64,000 nt of DNA, taken from Callorhinchus milii (Eukaryota). Under the pieces are notes generated by a model, which had not been told where the DNA came from, ran no database searches, and saw nothing but the letters and a program-made list of their open reading frames with translations. Both the position numbers and the translations under genes were made by a program. Location: assembly GCF_018977255.1 (NCBI RefSeq), contig NW_024704752.1:9858001-9922000 (forward strand). The letters are read 5' to 3'. Of the stretch, positions 1-10,270 are shown piece after piece. Each line of letters opens with the position of its first letter. The stretch's first letter is position 1.

Positions 1-208
1 ATGTTACTGCTTTTGGTTGGGATTTAAAATCCATATCCTGATCCTCAACATCGACATGAATACTGAAAACTCCTCCGAGAACGATGTCGCCGTCTTTAGT
101 TAAACTAAGTGGATCAAACATCCCCCAACGTTTACAGGTTGTCTCTTCAGTCAGCCACACAGGAACAAGAACAGCAAACAATAGCACACAGAGCATAGGG
201 AAACACAT
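1..208 (-). CDS. G0: exon 1 (partial) of a V2R/OlfC class C GPCR; the rest of the gene lies left of the window
   Basis: Reverse strand from ATG at 208 reads [53 protein letters not shown]..., nearly identical to G5 exon 1: signal peptide plus the GD(I/V)xLGG motif of class C Venus-flytrap (VFT) domains. Confidence 0.9.
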   Translation of the reverse strand, partial: MCFPMLCVLLFAVLVPVWLTEETTCKRWGMFDPLSLTKDGDIVLGGVFSIHVDVEDQDMDFKSQPKAVT

Positions 209-535
209 GGTTTATAAATGTGCCCATCAGTGTCCAGAACTACAGCCAATCGCCCTTATATACTGTAGATACTGTTATATTCCACTCACAGCTGTGTACA
301 TTGGCTTTAAATAGGCGTATTATTCCAGGGGCTCTGAACAAATTACAGACAATTCTCAGAAGGAAGCAGGTTACCACTTTAATCTTCGTTCAGATAATCA
401 AACCAAATAAGAAAATAACATATTTTAATTATACAGTCGTCTGAGCATAAGGTGGAATCATTCCCTTTTCAATAATTTCCGAGAGAACGATTAATTTAAT
501 TAAGGCTTATGGTTTAATTTAACAGATGTGCGCCA
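209..535 (-). promoter_or_regulatory. Conserved proximal promoter block of G0, repeated upstream of G1-G7
   Basis: TATATAA on minus strand at 256-262, about 50 nt before the ATG; TTCTCAGAA palindrome-like site near 353-361; TAATT-rich homeodomain-like sites near 490-520; CAGATG E-box at 523-528. Same motif order recurs upstream of the paralogs. Function inferred. Confidence 0.6.
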
Positions 536-594
536 TGTGTCGGAAACGCTTTACTGTACCCCATACAGAATACTGAACAACTATTTCATCAAGG

Positions 595-950
595 TTTACC
601 TGGAATCCCAAATAATGGTGGAGTTCGGGAAGGGTGGGAAGTCGGGTCTCGGGAGGGAGGTGTCGCGCGGGGGCGAGATGGAGGTCAGGACAGGCAGTGT
701 CGGGGGGCGTGTGGGGAGGGAGTCAGCCGTAACTGGGGAGGATTATAGACAAGGAGTAGGACGTGAAGTGAGTGGAGGCCTGAACATGGGGTTCAGTGAG
801 GGGAGATCAGACAAGGATAGGTCGCGGTCTGAGTGTTGTATTTAGCCAGGGTCAGGCTGGAGGCAGGTCTGTGAGACAAGCTTGGGGTTGAGTCCATACG
901 GAAGATCCTGATAGGAATACCTGTAGGAGGGTAACCAAAGACACGGTGAA
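595..950 (-). mobile_element. Old degenerate GC-rich repeat fragment (probably LINE-derived), homologous to 29625-29880
   Basis: Shares ctgga(a/c)tcccaa(a/g)taat, ggggttcagtga and ggataggtcg(c/g)ggtct with 29625-29880, at the same position upstream of the promoter block. Confidence 0.45.
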
Positions 951-2090
951 AGGGGATGGACTTGAGACAGGTAGGGAGGAGCAAGGCCACAGAGTGCCTT
1001 GAAGGTGAGGACCAGGAACTTTATCCTCTGAGCGATGGGGAGACAGTGGAGCAGGGCAAGGATGGGGGATATAGGGTTGCGGAGCCTGGTGCAGGAGAGG
1101 ACATGGACAGCAGAGTTCTCGGTGATCTTCAGCCTATGGAGGGAGAAGTTGGGGAGGCCAACAAGCAGGGAGCTTGCATTGTCGAGCCTGGATGTGAAGA
1201 ACGTGTGGATGTGGGTCTTGGCCGGTGGTGAGAGACAGTGGTGGAACCGGGCAATATTGTGGAGGTAGGGAAAAGCGAAGTGGGTCATGGCATCGATGTG
1301 GGAGATGACAGGCTTGAGGGCTGAACTGGACGTTGAGGTTCCATATTGGCTCCATGACGTGTAGAATTCATCCATGAAACATAATGCTTTCAGAGCCTGA
1401 GGTATGGAGGCACTGATGGGAGCCAAGCATGAGGGCCTGAGTCTTGTTGACATTCAACTGAAGAAAGTTAGCTCTCATCAAGGACTTGATGTCCTTCAGG
1501 CAGTCTGTGAGGACAGCAGTGGTTCTGAAGTCAAGGGTGGAGATGGAGAGGTAGAGTTGGGTGTCATTTGCATACAAGTGTAAGCCTACAGATGATGTCA
1601 CCAAGGGAGAGCATGTAGATGTTGAAAAGGAGGGGACCAAGGATAGAGCTCTGAGGGATGCCACACATGATGGTGTGAGGGCTGGAGGAGAAGCCGTTAG
1701 TGGAGACAAAGTGGAGGGATGGTGGGAGAGGTTGGATTTGAACCAGGCAAGGGCAGTTCCAGGAGGTTGAGCTGAAAGGAGAGGTGGTGGTGGAGGATAG
1801 AATGGTCAATAGTATTGAAGGCAGCAGAAAGGTCAAGGAGGACAAGGAGGCAGAGAGAGCCCTGGTCAAAGATGGACAGAATGTCATTAGTAACTTTGAC
1901 CAAGACATTTTCTGTGTTGTGGGCAGCATGGAAACATGATTGGAGAGGTTTGTAGAGGGAATGGCAGGAGAGGAAAGAGGAAAGATGGGACATGATGACT
2001 CGTTTCAGGGTTTTGGAGAGAAAAGGGAGGTTGAAGATGGGGTGATAGTTGGAGAATAGTGATGGGTTCAGGGAAGGTTTTTTGAGGAAA
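950..2090 (-). mobile_element. L2-clade LINE reverse-transcriptase fragment, frameshifted
   Basis: Overlapping ORF pieces give NYHPIFNLPFLSKTLKRVI, LVLLDLSAFNTIDH-like, GIPQSSILGPLLFNIY, LYANDTQLY, NFLQLNVNKT and SRLDNASSLLVGLP, all L2 RT or C-terminal motifs. Confidence 0.9.
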
Positions 2091-2604
2091 TTCAATACAG
2101 AGCAATGCATGGTGAGGTATATTGTAAAGCAACTTTCACATTGGGAGGACATCTCAAGGTGCTAAACAGTCAGGGATTTGGACCCAGAGATTTTAGTGGG
2201 CTGTGGACTCAGGGATTTTACAGAAACCCATTTCAATGACGTAAGATAGAATGAATGCTGTCAACTGTCAGAGGTGGACAAAGGAAAAGGATTTGAGTGT
2301 TCTTATTGATCATCATCTCAATGTTCACAAGCCATGTTAAGTTGTAGTCTACAGATTTCATCAAATAGTCATTATATTTGAAATATGTTTTCTTGGAGAT
2401 CCATAAAAATGTTGTTCTAACCCTATAAGGAAGATCGCTAAGTCCATATTTGCATTATTTTGTGCAGTTTTAGCCAACTTGACTTGAAAAAGGAAAATTT
2501 GTGACTTTGCAGATATACACACTCAGAGTGTTCTGTAAAGGAAGTCATCACTGCTCCTAACGTACAATAAAAGGTGTGGACCCTGGCTAGAGAAATGTAC
2601 TTCT

Positions 2605-2738
2605 GCTGTGCCCAATTGGCTGCAGCGTTTCACTAGTAACGTACAGTAAAAACATTTTACAGTATACTCCGGGAAGCATTGTGAAGTGTCCTGAAGATGT
2701 GATAAGGCGCTATATCAAAATCAAGGATCATTATTATT
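2605..2738 (+). mobile_element. 3' half of a degenerate DeuSINE-like SINE
   Basis: gctgtgcccaattggctgcagcgttt core and gatgtgataaggcgctatatcaaaatcaaggatcattattatt tail match the complete SINE copies. Confidence 0.75.
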
Positions 2739-3032
2739 TCATATTGAAATAATACTTGCATTTGATGTACCATGTATCATGCCAAATGTCTCGAAATGCT
2801 TCATAGAAATTGCTGTTAAGTGCAATGACGGTGTATTTGTAAATTAAATACTTTAATCAAGCTAGTTATTGAGGAACAGAGGTTTAATCAACACAAGCAA
2901 TGACTAAAAATGTTGATACTTTTATTACATGAAAATTCAGAATCTCACATTACTTGAGGAAAATTAACAAAACCAACATCTAACAAACATTGCAATTTTG
3001 AACAAAATTTTATTTCCATTCATAAAACATGT

Positions 3033-6000
3033 TCACTGTTTCTTGAAAGCCACTTTACCCATCATATGCTCCTTCGTATTTTCTTCTTTTTTCAGCAGAA
3101 TAATATAACATTTTGGTGCAAAAATACAGACAATTAACCCAAAGCTTGAGGCCAAAATAGCAAATATTTCTACAGCAACAGTATATTTTCCAGGAGAGCT
3201 TACATAAGCTGGAATGAAAGTGATCCAAACAGCACAGAAGATAAGCATGCTGAAAGTGATGTGCTTCGCTTCATTGAAGTTGTCTGGAAGTCGGCGAGCG
3301 AGAAAAGCAACTCCAAAGCATACACAAGACAACAGTCCAATGTAACCAAGTACACAGTAAAAGGCGACTGCAGATCCCAGATGGCATTCAAACACGATTC
3401 TCTCCCTAAAATATTCACTATTTTTCAGAGGATAAGGTGGTGCCAAACATAGCCAGACAGTACATATTAAGCATTGTATCAGAGTAAGGATGAAAACACT
3501 CAGGCGTTGTTGTGTAGGTCCAAACCACTTCATCATGTTATTACTGGGAAGTGTTGCATTAAATGCCATCACCACAACGATTGTTTTTCCCAAAACACAG
3601 GAAATACAAAGAACAAACGTAATACCAAAAGCTGTGTGACGTAACCTACAGGACCAGACTGAAGGCTCTCCAATGAATGTAATTGAGCACAGAAAACACA
3701 AAGCTAATGCGAAAAGAAGCAGAAAACTTAACTCTAAGTTATTAGCTTTAACAATAGGAGTGTCTCTGTGAACATAGAAAGCTGCAAAGACACCTAAAGT
3801 GATGCAGACTCCAAGCAATGCCAGTGTCACTAGAACAATCCCTAATGTCTCCTCGAAGGAGAGGAATTCAATTTCCTTCAGTATGCAATGATTTTGTTTA
3901 TCATTGGACCGGTATTCCAAAGGACATTTGAGGCAAACGGTTGAATCTGAAATGACGCACAGCATATTCATAGATGCGTGATTTAGAATTGAAATACGTC
4001 CAATAAATGTTTGAGAATATAAGAAAGAATTGATAGCTGCGTTTGTTCTTACCAGTGATGTTACTAATTTCACCATCAGCACATTCTATACAATCAAAGC
4101 AACACTTTGGTTGTCCTCTTCTTGCTGCTTTCCTTGTTCCAGGGAGACAACTGTCCGAGCAAACCGCCCGTGGGACCTAGTTAAGACAAATGCAGATATT
4201 TAATTTTAGTTTTATACAATTTCTCTTTCACTGAAGGCATGTGGTTCTTCAGTTCCATGTAATTATTTTCCTCCTGAGACTCATGAGTGCGCAGGAAAAG
4301 TGCTTACCGTAATGTGCCCTCCACTCCATACAATTACCGCCTCCCGTATCTTAAATTCTTCTCCTGGAGGAGCAGATCCATCATAGTGCCCGATAGTAAC
4401 AACATCAGTTCCACTGAGGTCATTTGGTTGCCAGTTTATAATGTCGTATGTTGGCACTGGATCCCCGCTTGCATCAAAATGAACATTTTCTCCAATCTTT
4501 GTGTTGAAATTTACAGTTTTCATGTAATGCAGAAGCTTTATTGGAGAATAAGATTATTGGAGAAGAGGAAATAACCTTTTACTTCAGCAAAGTACGTCAA
4601 ACACCTACAATGGTGGAACGCTAATCAATACAAGGAACACAGGTATAGGTTCCACACTCATTATGTACTGAGGAGGAACAGAAGCTTTAGTGATGCTGAG
4701 CTAAAATCCGTGTCCGTTCAATCCTTATTACTATTCAATCACGCGTTTCCTTCATGGTACCCGAACTTTTAAAGATGCAAAGTAAGATTAGGTTTGAGGG
4801 CGACAATATCTTTCAAATTGAATACTGCAAAAACATTCACTCTCAAAGACAACAATGAGGATGGCCATAATACGGGATTGGACCAACAGTAAAATGTTAA
4901 ATATTAAATTGGCAAAAAAAATCACAAATAAATATGCTTTAATCATATATTTGGTATAACCTTAGAAGAACGAATCCATGAGCATAGCTTTCAATTTATA
5001 TAGCACTTAATACAGATGACACTTAAATTCTATTGAAACATTTAACAATTACATGGCAAATCATATGAAGAACTGCTTACTTGCCATGGTTGAAAGTTTG
5101 AAATATTTGCACAACTTTTATTGGAAAAAGGTCCTTTGCCAATTTCACATGACAGCATATCCTGAAGAGCATGAGCTATAGCGTAGGTTGCTGTATAGAC
5201 CTTGTAGGTAACTCTGTACTGAGACACATCTGTATATGCATTATTTATATTCCGTAAATTCTCTCGTCCTGTGCATTTCTTAAATCCGTCTGCTTTGTGC
5301 TCCCCGTTTCTTAGTGTACAGTTGAAGGTTCTTTCCCAAAACTCTTTTATTAAGCGGTTTCTTGGATATGCAGAAGGATGAACTTGCAGTAGAAACTCTC
5401 TCAACCCTGGAACGTGTACTTTGCGAATGGCAATTCCAATTGTGCCGGAAAGGAACCGTCTACGTTCTTCTGGGACAGATGTGTTGTGGTGACCCACGCC
5501 TCACTTCCTATCCATTGAATACCTGTCACATTTTGACGCACAATTTCTTTTAGTAGAGCAGTCATATGAGAATGAGCAAGAAATGCTACAACAACTTTTG
5601 TGGTAGATTTCTTTATAATATTTACAGTTTTAAGTAACTCTTCCCTCGAATATGTTATATGGAAAGATTCAGAAAATGCAATACAAACATCCAGTTGTTG
5701 CACAGCTTCTGTGAATGCTTTAATTCCGAAGTTACCATAGTCATCGTCACTTCTAATGGTCCCGATCCACGTCCAACCAAAGTGTTTCACCAGCTGAGCC
5801 AAGGCTCTGACCTGAAAGTAGTCACTTGGTATTGTTCTAAAAAATGATGGATATTCCCTCCTGTTGCTCAGACATTCACATGTAGCAAAGTAACTTACCT
5901 ACGGAAATTAAAATGAGAAATAGAGCCAATAATCTTGAACTCAAATTATAATTACCTGTAAACAAAACGTTCACTTTTTATGACAAAGGTGTTATGCATA

Positions 6001-9000
6001 AAGTTCAGTAACTATTATTGAATATTCCATTGATGACTTTGTTTATCGCTTCCATTTAGCAGTGAACATGTTGTTCTGGTACAGTACAAAACTTACATTA
6101 GAATACATTAGAATGTAAAGCACAGGAACAGACCATTCGGCCCAACTGGTCTCGCCAGCCTCCTCCTGCCCTTCCTCAACTAAGCCTTCAAGCATAACCT
6201 TCTAAAAACATTGATTATATTGCACCTCGTCGTTCTGAAAGTGTAAAATCGGCTGATGAATTGATAAAACATTGCTTAGCACGTGAAGCAATAATCATTA
6301 ACAATATCATGAATGAATTAATCGATTTTTATTGCATGTAAGTATCCACAGTATTATTTAATAAAAGAAGCATGGATTCTAACTATATCCAACTAAATGG
6401 AAGTGAACAATAAAGTATGTTGAATATCACTTTTCTTTTACTGTGTTCCAGCAAACTGGCATCATATTCCTTGAAAGAACTTACCAGAGGAATCCTAAAA
6501 GGACTGATTAAGGTCGCTATTGCTGCGGACATTGAGGAACTGGAGTCACCAACAATAGCAGAAACCACGGGTGCTCTTTTGCAGGTGAAATCTGAAGATG
6601 TTTCTTCGAGTCCGTTTAAAAAATGGAAGGTTTTTTTTATTGATACAGATGGCGTTCCACAAGAGTCGGAAATCCAGTAGCCCAGAGTAATGTTGGGAAG
6701 CAGTGTCGGGTCTTTGTTTATTTCTTCTATAGCAAAGAGCATCGCCATTGCTAAACGAAACGATCTGAATCGAAACCTGTAGCAATGACAATATTAAATC
6801 TGTCGATTTTTTTTATAACAGTGAAAGGTATTATTACTTTGGAAAAGAATATACCAATAGACCAATAGGGTCCCGACTTGAAAGGCGCTCTATAAATGAA
6901 ATCTTGTTGTTGTTGTTGTTGTAGATAGAATTCCCTTTCCGTAGGTGAATTACTTTGCTACATGTGAATGTCTGAGTAACAGGAAGGAATATCCATCATT
7001 TTTTAGAACAATACCAAGTGACTACCATCATGGTAAAGAAGGATTAAAGGATGAAATCAATATTTGGAGCAAGATATGAACATAAGACATAAGAATTGCT
7101 CGACGATAGATGACTGAGGTCATCCAGTTTGCCTTCCAGCATCATTGGCTGTCGTATGCACATGTCATGTCCCAAACTATGTACTGTATCGCACGATATT
7201 GTTTTGTAAACTAAATCTATCCAATTTTCTTTTGAAAGAATTGACATTTTCTGCTTCTCCCATCTGCCTAGGGAGCCTGTTCCATAAACTGACTACTCAC
7301 TCATTGCAATAGTGATTCCACAGACTATTTTGAATTTATCCCTCTTCAATCACAGTCCCTGTCCTCTGGTTCTACTGTTCTGTAGAAGATAAAACAGTTT
7401 ACCATGGTCTACATTATCCAAAACTGCATAATTTAATCAAGCTCCGTCCCATCCACGGTTTATAAATCAGCAGGATTCAAAGAACCACAGAATCATAAAA
7501 TATTACAGAAGAGAAGGCACCCATTCAACCCATTGTGCCTGTGCAGCTTCTTTGGAAAAGTTACCCAATCAGTCCCACTCCCCCGCTCTTTCTCCATAAC
7601 CCTGTAAATTGCTCCTTTTCAAGTACCTATCTAATTCCATTTTGAAAGTTGTTATTGAATCTACCAGCCTTTCAGGCAGTGCATTCCAACCTTGAACACC
7701 TTTGATTACCCCACTATTTCTGGAGAAATCGTAGAGGCCTGTAGCTAAATGGTTAGAGCACTTGCCCTGCAAGAGAGAGACCTGGGTTCGATTCCCGGCA
7801 GGGCAGAACGTTGGGCCAGTTTCCTTACTCCACATGTCTGATAATAATCCCTCAAGAAAAAAAAACAATAATAAATTGGTCACTTCAGTCTACGACTGCT
7901 TGTGGGACACTGCTGTTGACAATTCGCTGCCGCGTTTTGCCCACAAAATATACAGTCAATTCACTTTCCATTATATTATGTGAAGCACTTTGAGACATCT
8001 TAGAAGATGTGAAAAGTGCTATATCAAATGCAAGGATTATTATTATTTCACCTCAATATTGCCCTTTCAATACAATCCAGCATCTGGTATGCTCTGCTCA
8101 CTGCCAATGAGCATTGTTACAATGGCTTAAATTTATTGTCAACCAGGACATCCAAGTTCTTTTCATTTTACTTATATATTATTTTCTTCCCATTTAAATA
8201 TTAGTTCTTTGCTGTATTTTGCGTCTTCAGCTGAAGCACCTTGCATTTCTTTCAGCTGAAATTTACCTGACATCGGTCGGCTCAAGATTGCACATCTTTC
8301 TGTATTGCTTACAAATATAAATAATAAAATCATACTCACATAGATATTGTTAGCTCATTTTCTGTAACTTAATTTGATGAAATTGAATCTGACATGGCTA
8401 TGTTTTGAAATGGTAACTAACAAACATGACCCGGAGCAGACCGGCTTTATACCTGCATTGCTTTCAGATGACTTCCCACCTTGAAGCCTCCACAGACGTG
8501 AAATAAGTGAATTATATTATAATCGTAACGTTGACCAGACTACCTATTAGGGTTTTGGTGTGTAGGCCTGAGACTATACATAAATTTGCAAATCTGCTTA
8601 CAATTACTGCAGATTTGCCCAAGTTTTTAACAAACCAATTCAGCCCAGATGGATTTGCTTACCATCTGCTCTTCTTCCCAGACGATAAACTATATAACAA
8701 CGTTTAATAATAATAATAATAATAATAATAATCCTTGCATTTGATATAGCGCTTTTCACGTCAGGAGGACGTCCCAAAGCGCTTCACAGAACACACTGTA
8801 AAGTGAATTGACTGTATATTTGTGGGCGAACGCAGCAGTCAATTGTGCACAGCAATGTCCCACAAACAGTCGTAGATTGAAAATGACCAATTTATTATTG
8901 TTTTTGGTTTTGGAGGGATTATTATTAGGCTCTGTGTGGAGTAAGGAAACTTGCCCAAGATTTCGCCCTCTGCCTGGAATTGAACTCAGGTCTCTCACTT

Positions 9001-9711
9001 GCAAAGCGAGTGCTCTAACCACTGAGCTACAGCTACAGGACTCCACAATGAAATATTTGACAATGAAATGTGCGAAACAAATTTGAATATTTTGGGCACT
9101 TCACAATTCTGGAAACCCGTCTTCGAGCTTATCAAAATATTATTTGTGTCATAGAAATCTGATTGTAAATTTGCAAATATTACCTAGAATGTACATGGAA
9201 AGTATGACTCATATTCTTAGTAACAATTTTCAATATATTGTACAGTGAGATCACTAAATTATCTTCGAAATCAGATAGTTGGGCACTGCACTACCTTCAC
9301 ACGTTTAAAAAAAAGGCTTTCATCCAAACAAATATATCCTCTTTATAGAGCTAGAAATGATTAAACATATATTATCATGCTCCAACAATGTTAGCTACCT
9401 AAAAGTGTTCAAGTAATTTGGCTATTTCATGACATTAATCCTCAACAGTCTGCCGATTTTTAAAATCCGATAAGACAAACGGACAGTTTCACTAACTTTG
9501 TACATGTTACTGCTTTCGGTTGGGATTTAAAATTCATATCCTGATCCTCAACATCGACATGAATACTGAAAACTCCTCCGAGAACGATGTCGCCATCTTC
9601 AGACAAACCGAGCAGATCAAACATCCCCCAATGTTTGCAGGTTGTCTCTTCAGTCAGCCACACAGGAACAGGAACAGAAATCAATAGCACACAGAGCATA
9701 GGGAAACACAT
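3033..9711 (-). CDS. G1: V2R/OlfC class C GPCR, 6 exons, about 863 aa if one frameshift is corrected (as assembled: frameshifted in exon 3)
   Basis: Exons 9497-9711, 6485-6776, 5081-5898, 4308-4535, 4053-4176, 3033-3946, all GT-AG. Motifs: [40 protein letters not shown], nine-Cys domain, [30 protein letters not shown]. Exon 3 is 818 bp because GGGG is GGG at about 5472-5474. Confidence 0.9.
6868..6921 (+). mobile_element. Ultra-short 3' tail of an L2 LINE with (GTT)n, in intron 1 of G1 (copy at about 14107-14158 in G2)
   Basis: tgaaaggcgctctataaatgaaatcttgttgttg matches the 3' end of the L2 at 30617-30690. Confidence 0.75.
6936..7025 (+). repeat. Inverted 90-bp copy of the intron-2 acceptor plus first 81 nt of exon 3, inside intron 1 of G1
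   Basis: tttccgtaggtgaattactttgctacatgtgaatgtctgagtaacaggaaggaatatccatcattttttagaacaataccaagtgactac is the reverse complement of 5818-5907 with 4 mismatches. Confidence 0.95.
7075..7715 (-). mobile_element. Degenerate CR1-like LINE 3' fragments in intron 1 of G1
   Basis: Reverse frame encodes [23 protein letters not shown]...[11 protein letters not shown] (CR1 ORF2 C-terminus); cataagacataagaa and cagaatcataaaa terminal repeats. Confidence 0.75.
7733..8047 (+). mobile_element. tRNA-derived DeuSINE-like SINE (copy at about 14541-14853 in G2)
   Basis: A-box tagctaaatgg, B-box ggttcgattcc, Deu-like core, (ATT)n tail. Flanked by tatttc; the empty site gattaccccactatttcagctcagtattgcc is seen in G3 at 22411-22440. 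Confidence 0.88.
8707..9045 (-). mobile_element. Young tRNA(Ala-like)-derived DeuSINE-like SINE (copy at about 15511-15863 in G2)
   Basis: Head ggagtcctgtagc..tcagtggttagagcactcgctttgcaag..gagttcaattcc, core gtgggacattgctgtgcacaattg, L2-type tail with (ATT)n. Confidence 0.92.
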
Positions 9712-10270
9712 AGTTTTTAACTGTGTCCTTCAGTGTCCAGAACACAGGTAATCACCCTTATATACTTTTAATACTGACATCTGTGCGCATTTGCTTTAAA
9801 TAGATATATTATTCCAGGTGCTCTGAACAAATTAAGGACAATTCTCAGAAGGAAGCAAATGACCACTTTAATTTTTCTCCAGATAATCAAACCAAAGGAG
9901 AAAAGAACAAAATTTAATTACAGAGTCATCTGAGCGTAGGGTACAATCTTATTCCTTTATCATTAATTTTCTACAGCACCGATTAATTTCCTTAAGGTTT
10001 TATGATTTAATTTAACAGATGTGTGCTGTATCATAAACATTTTACGGATCACCAAGTTTTATACCAAGTTTTGCACCAAGTTTTACCGAGAGTTTTTTAT
10101 CCATTAACAATTAAAAAACTATTGTGCATTCAATACATTAAATTATTCACTTTTATTAGTATTACATGATGAATCAGAATCTCATGATACTTCAGGGGGA
10201 GTAACACAACCAACTTCTAACTAGCATGTAATGTTTTGAACAAAATTTTAATTTCATTCAGAAAAAATGT
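9712..10270 (-). promoter_or_regulatory. Compact G2-stop to G1-ATG spacer holding the 3' end of G2 and the promoter of G1
   Basis: TATATAA 9758-9764, TTCTCAGAA near 9842-9850, CAGATG 10016-10021, ATTAAA about 20 nt after the G2 stop. Confidence 0.55.

Noticed and set aside
3261-3452. Recurrent plus-strand ORFs ([11 protein letters not shown]..., MKELTRG..., MERFRKC...) in every repeat unit
   Set aside because: Antisense shadows of conserved V2R exons; recurrence reflects paralogy
3947-4082. ORF-track N-terminal extensions such as [14 protein letters not shown] on the 7TM ORFs
   Set aside because: They run through intron 5 and an out-of-frame part of exon 5; GT-AG splicing restores the nine-Cys domain
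8756-9086. Repeated small ORFs MESCS..., MGKFPYST..., [10 protein letters not shown]...
   Set aside because: Chance frames within SINE copies
3033-9711. Calling these genes CASR itself
   Set aside because: Short C-tail, tandem multiplicity and six-exon layout fit V2R/OlfC; CASR is single-copy with a long tail. No orthologous symbol can be assigned from sequence alone
10050-10090. Three accaagtttt repeats (also 16867-16901), superficially array-like
   Set aside because: Tiny slippage duplication with 2-3 nt spacers, in eukaryotic DNA; not CRISPR
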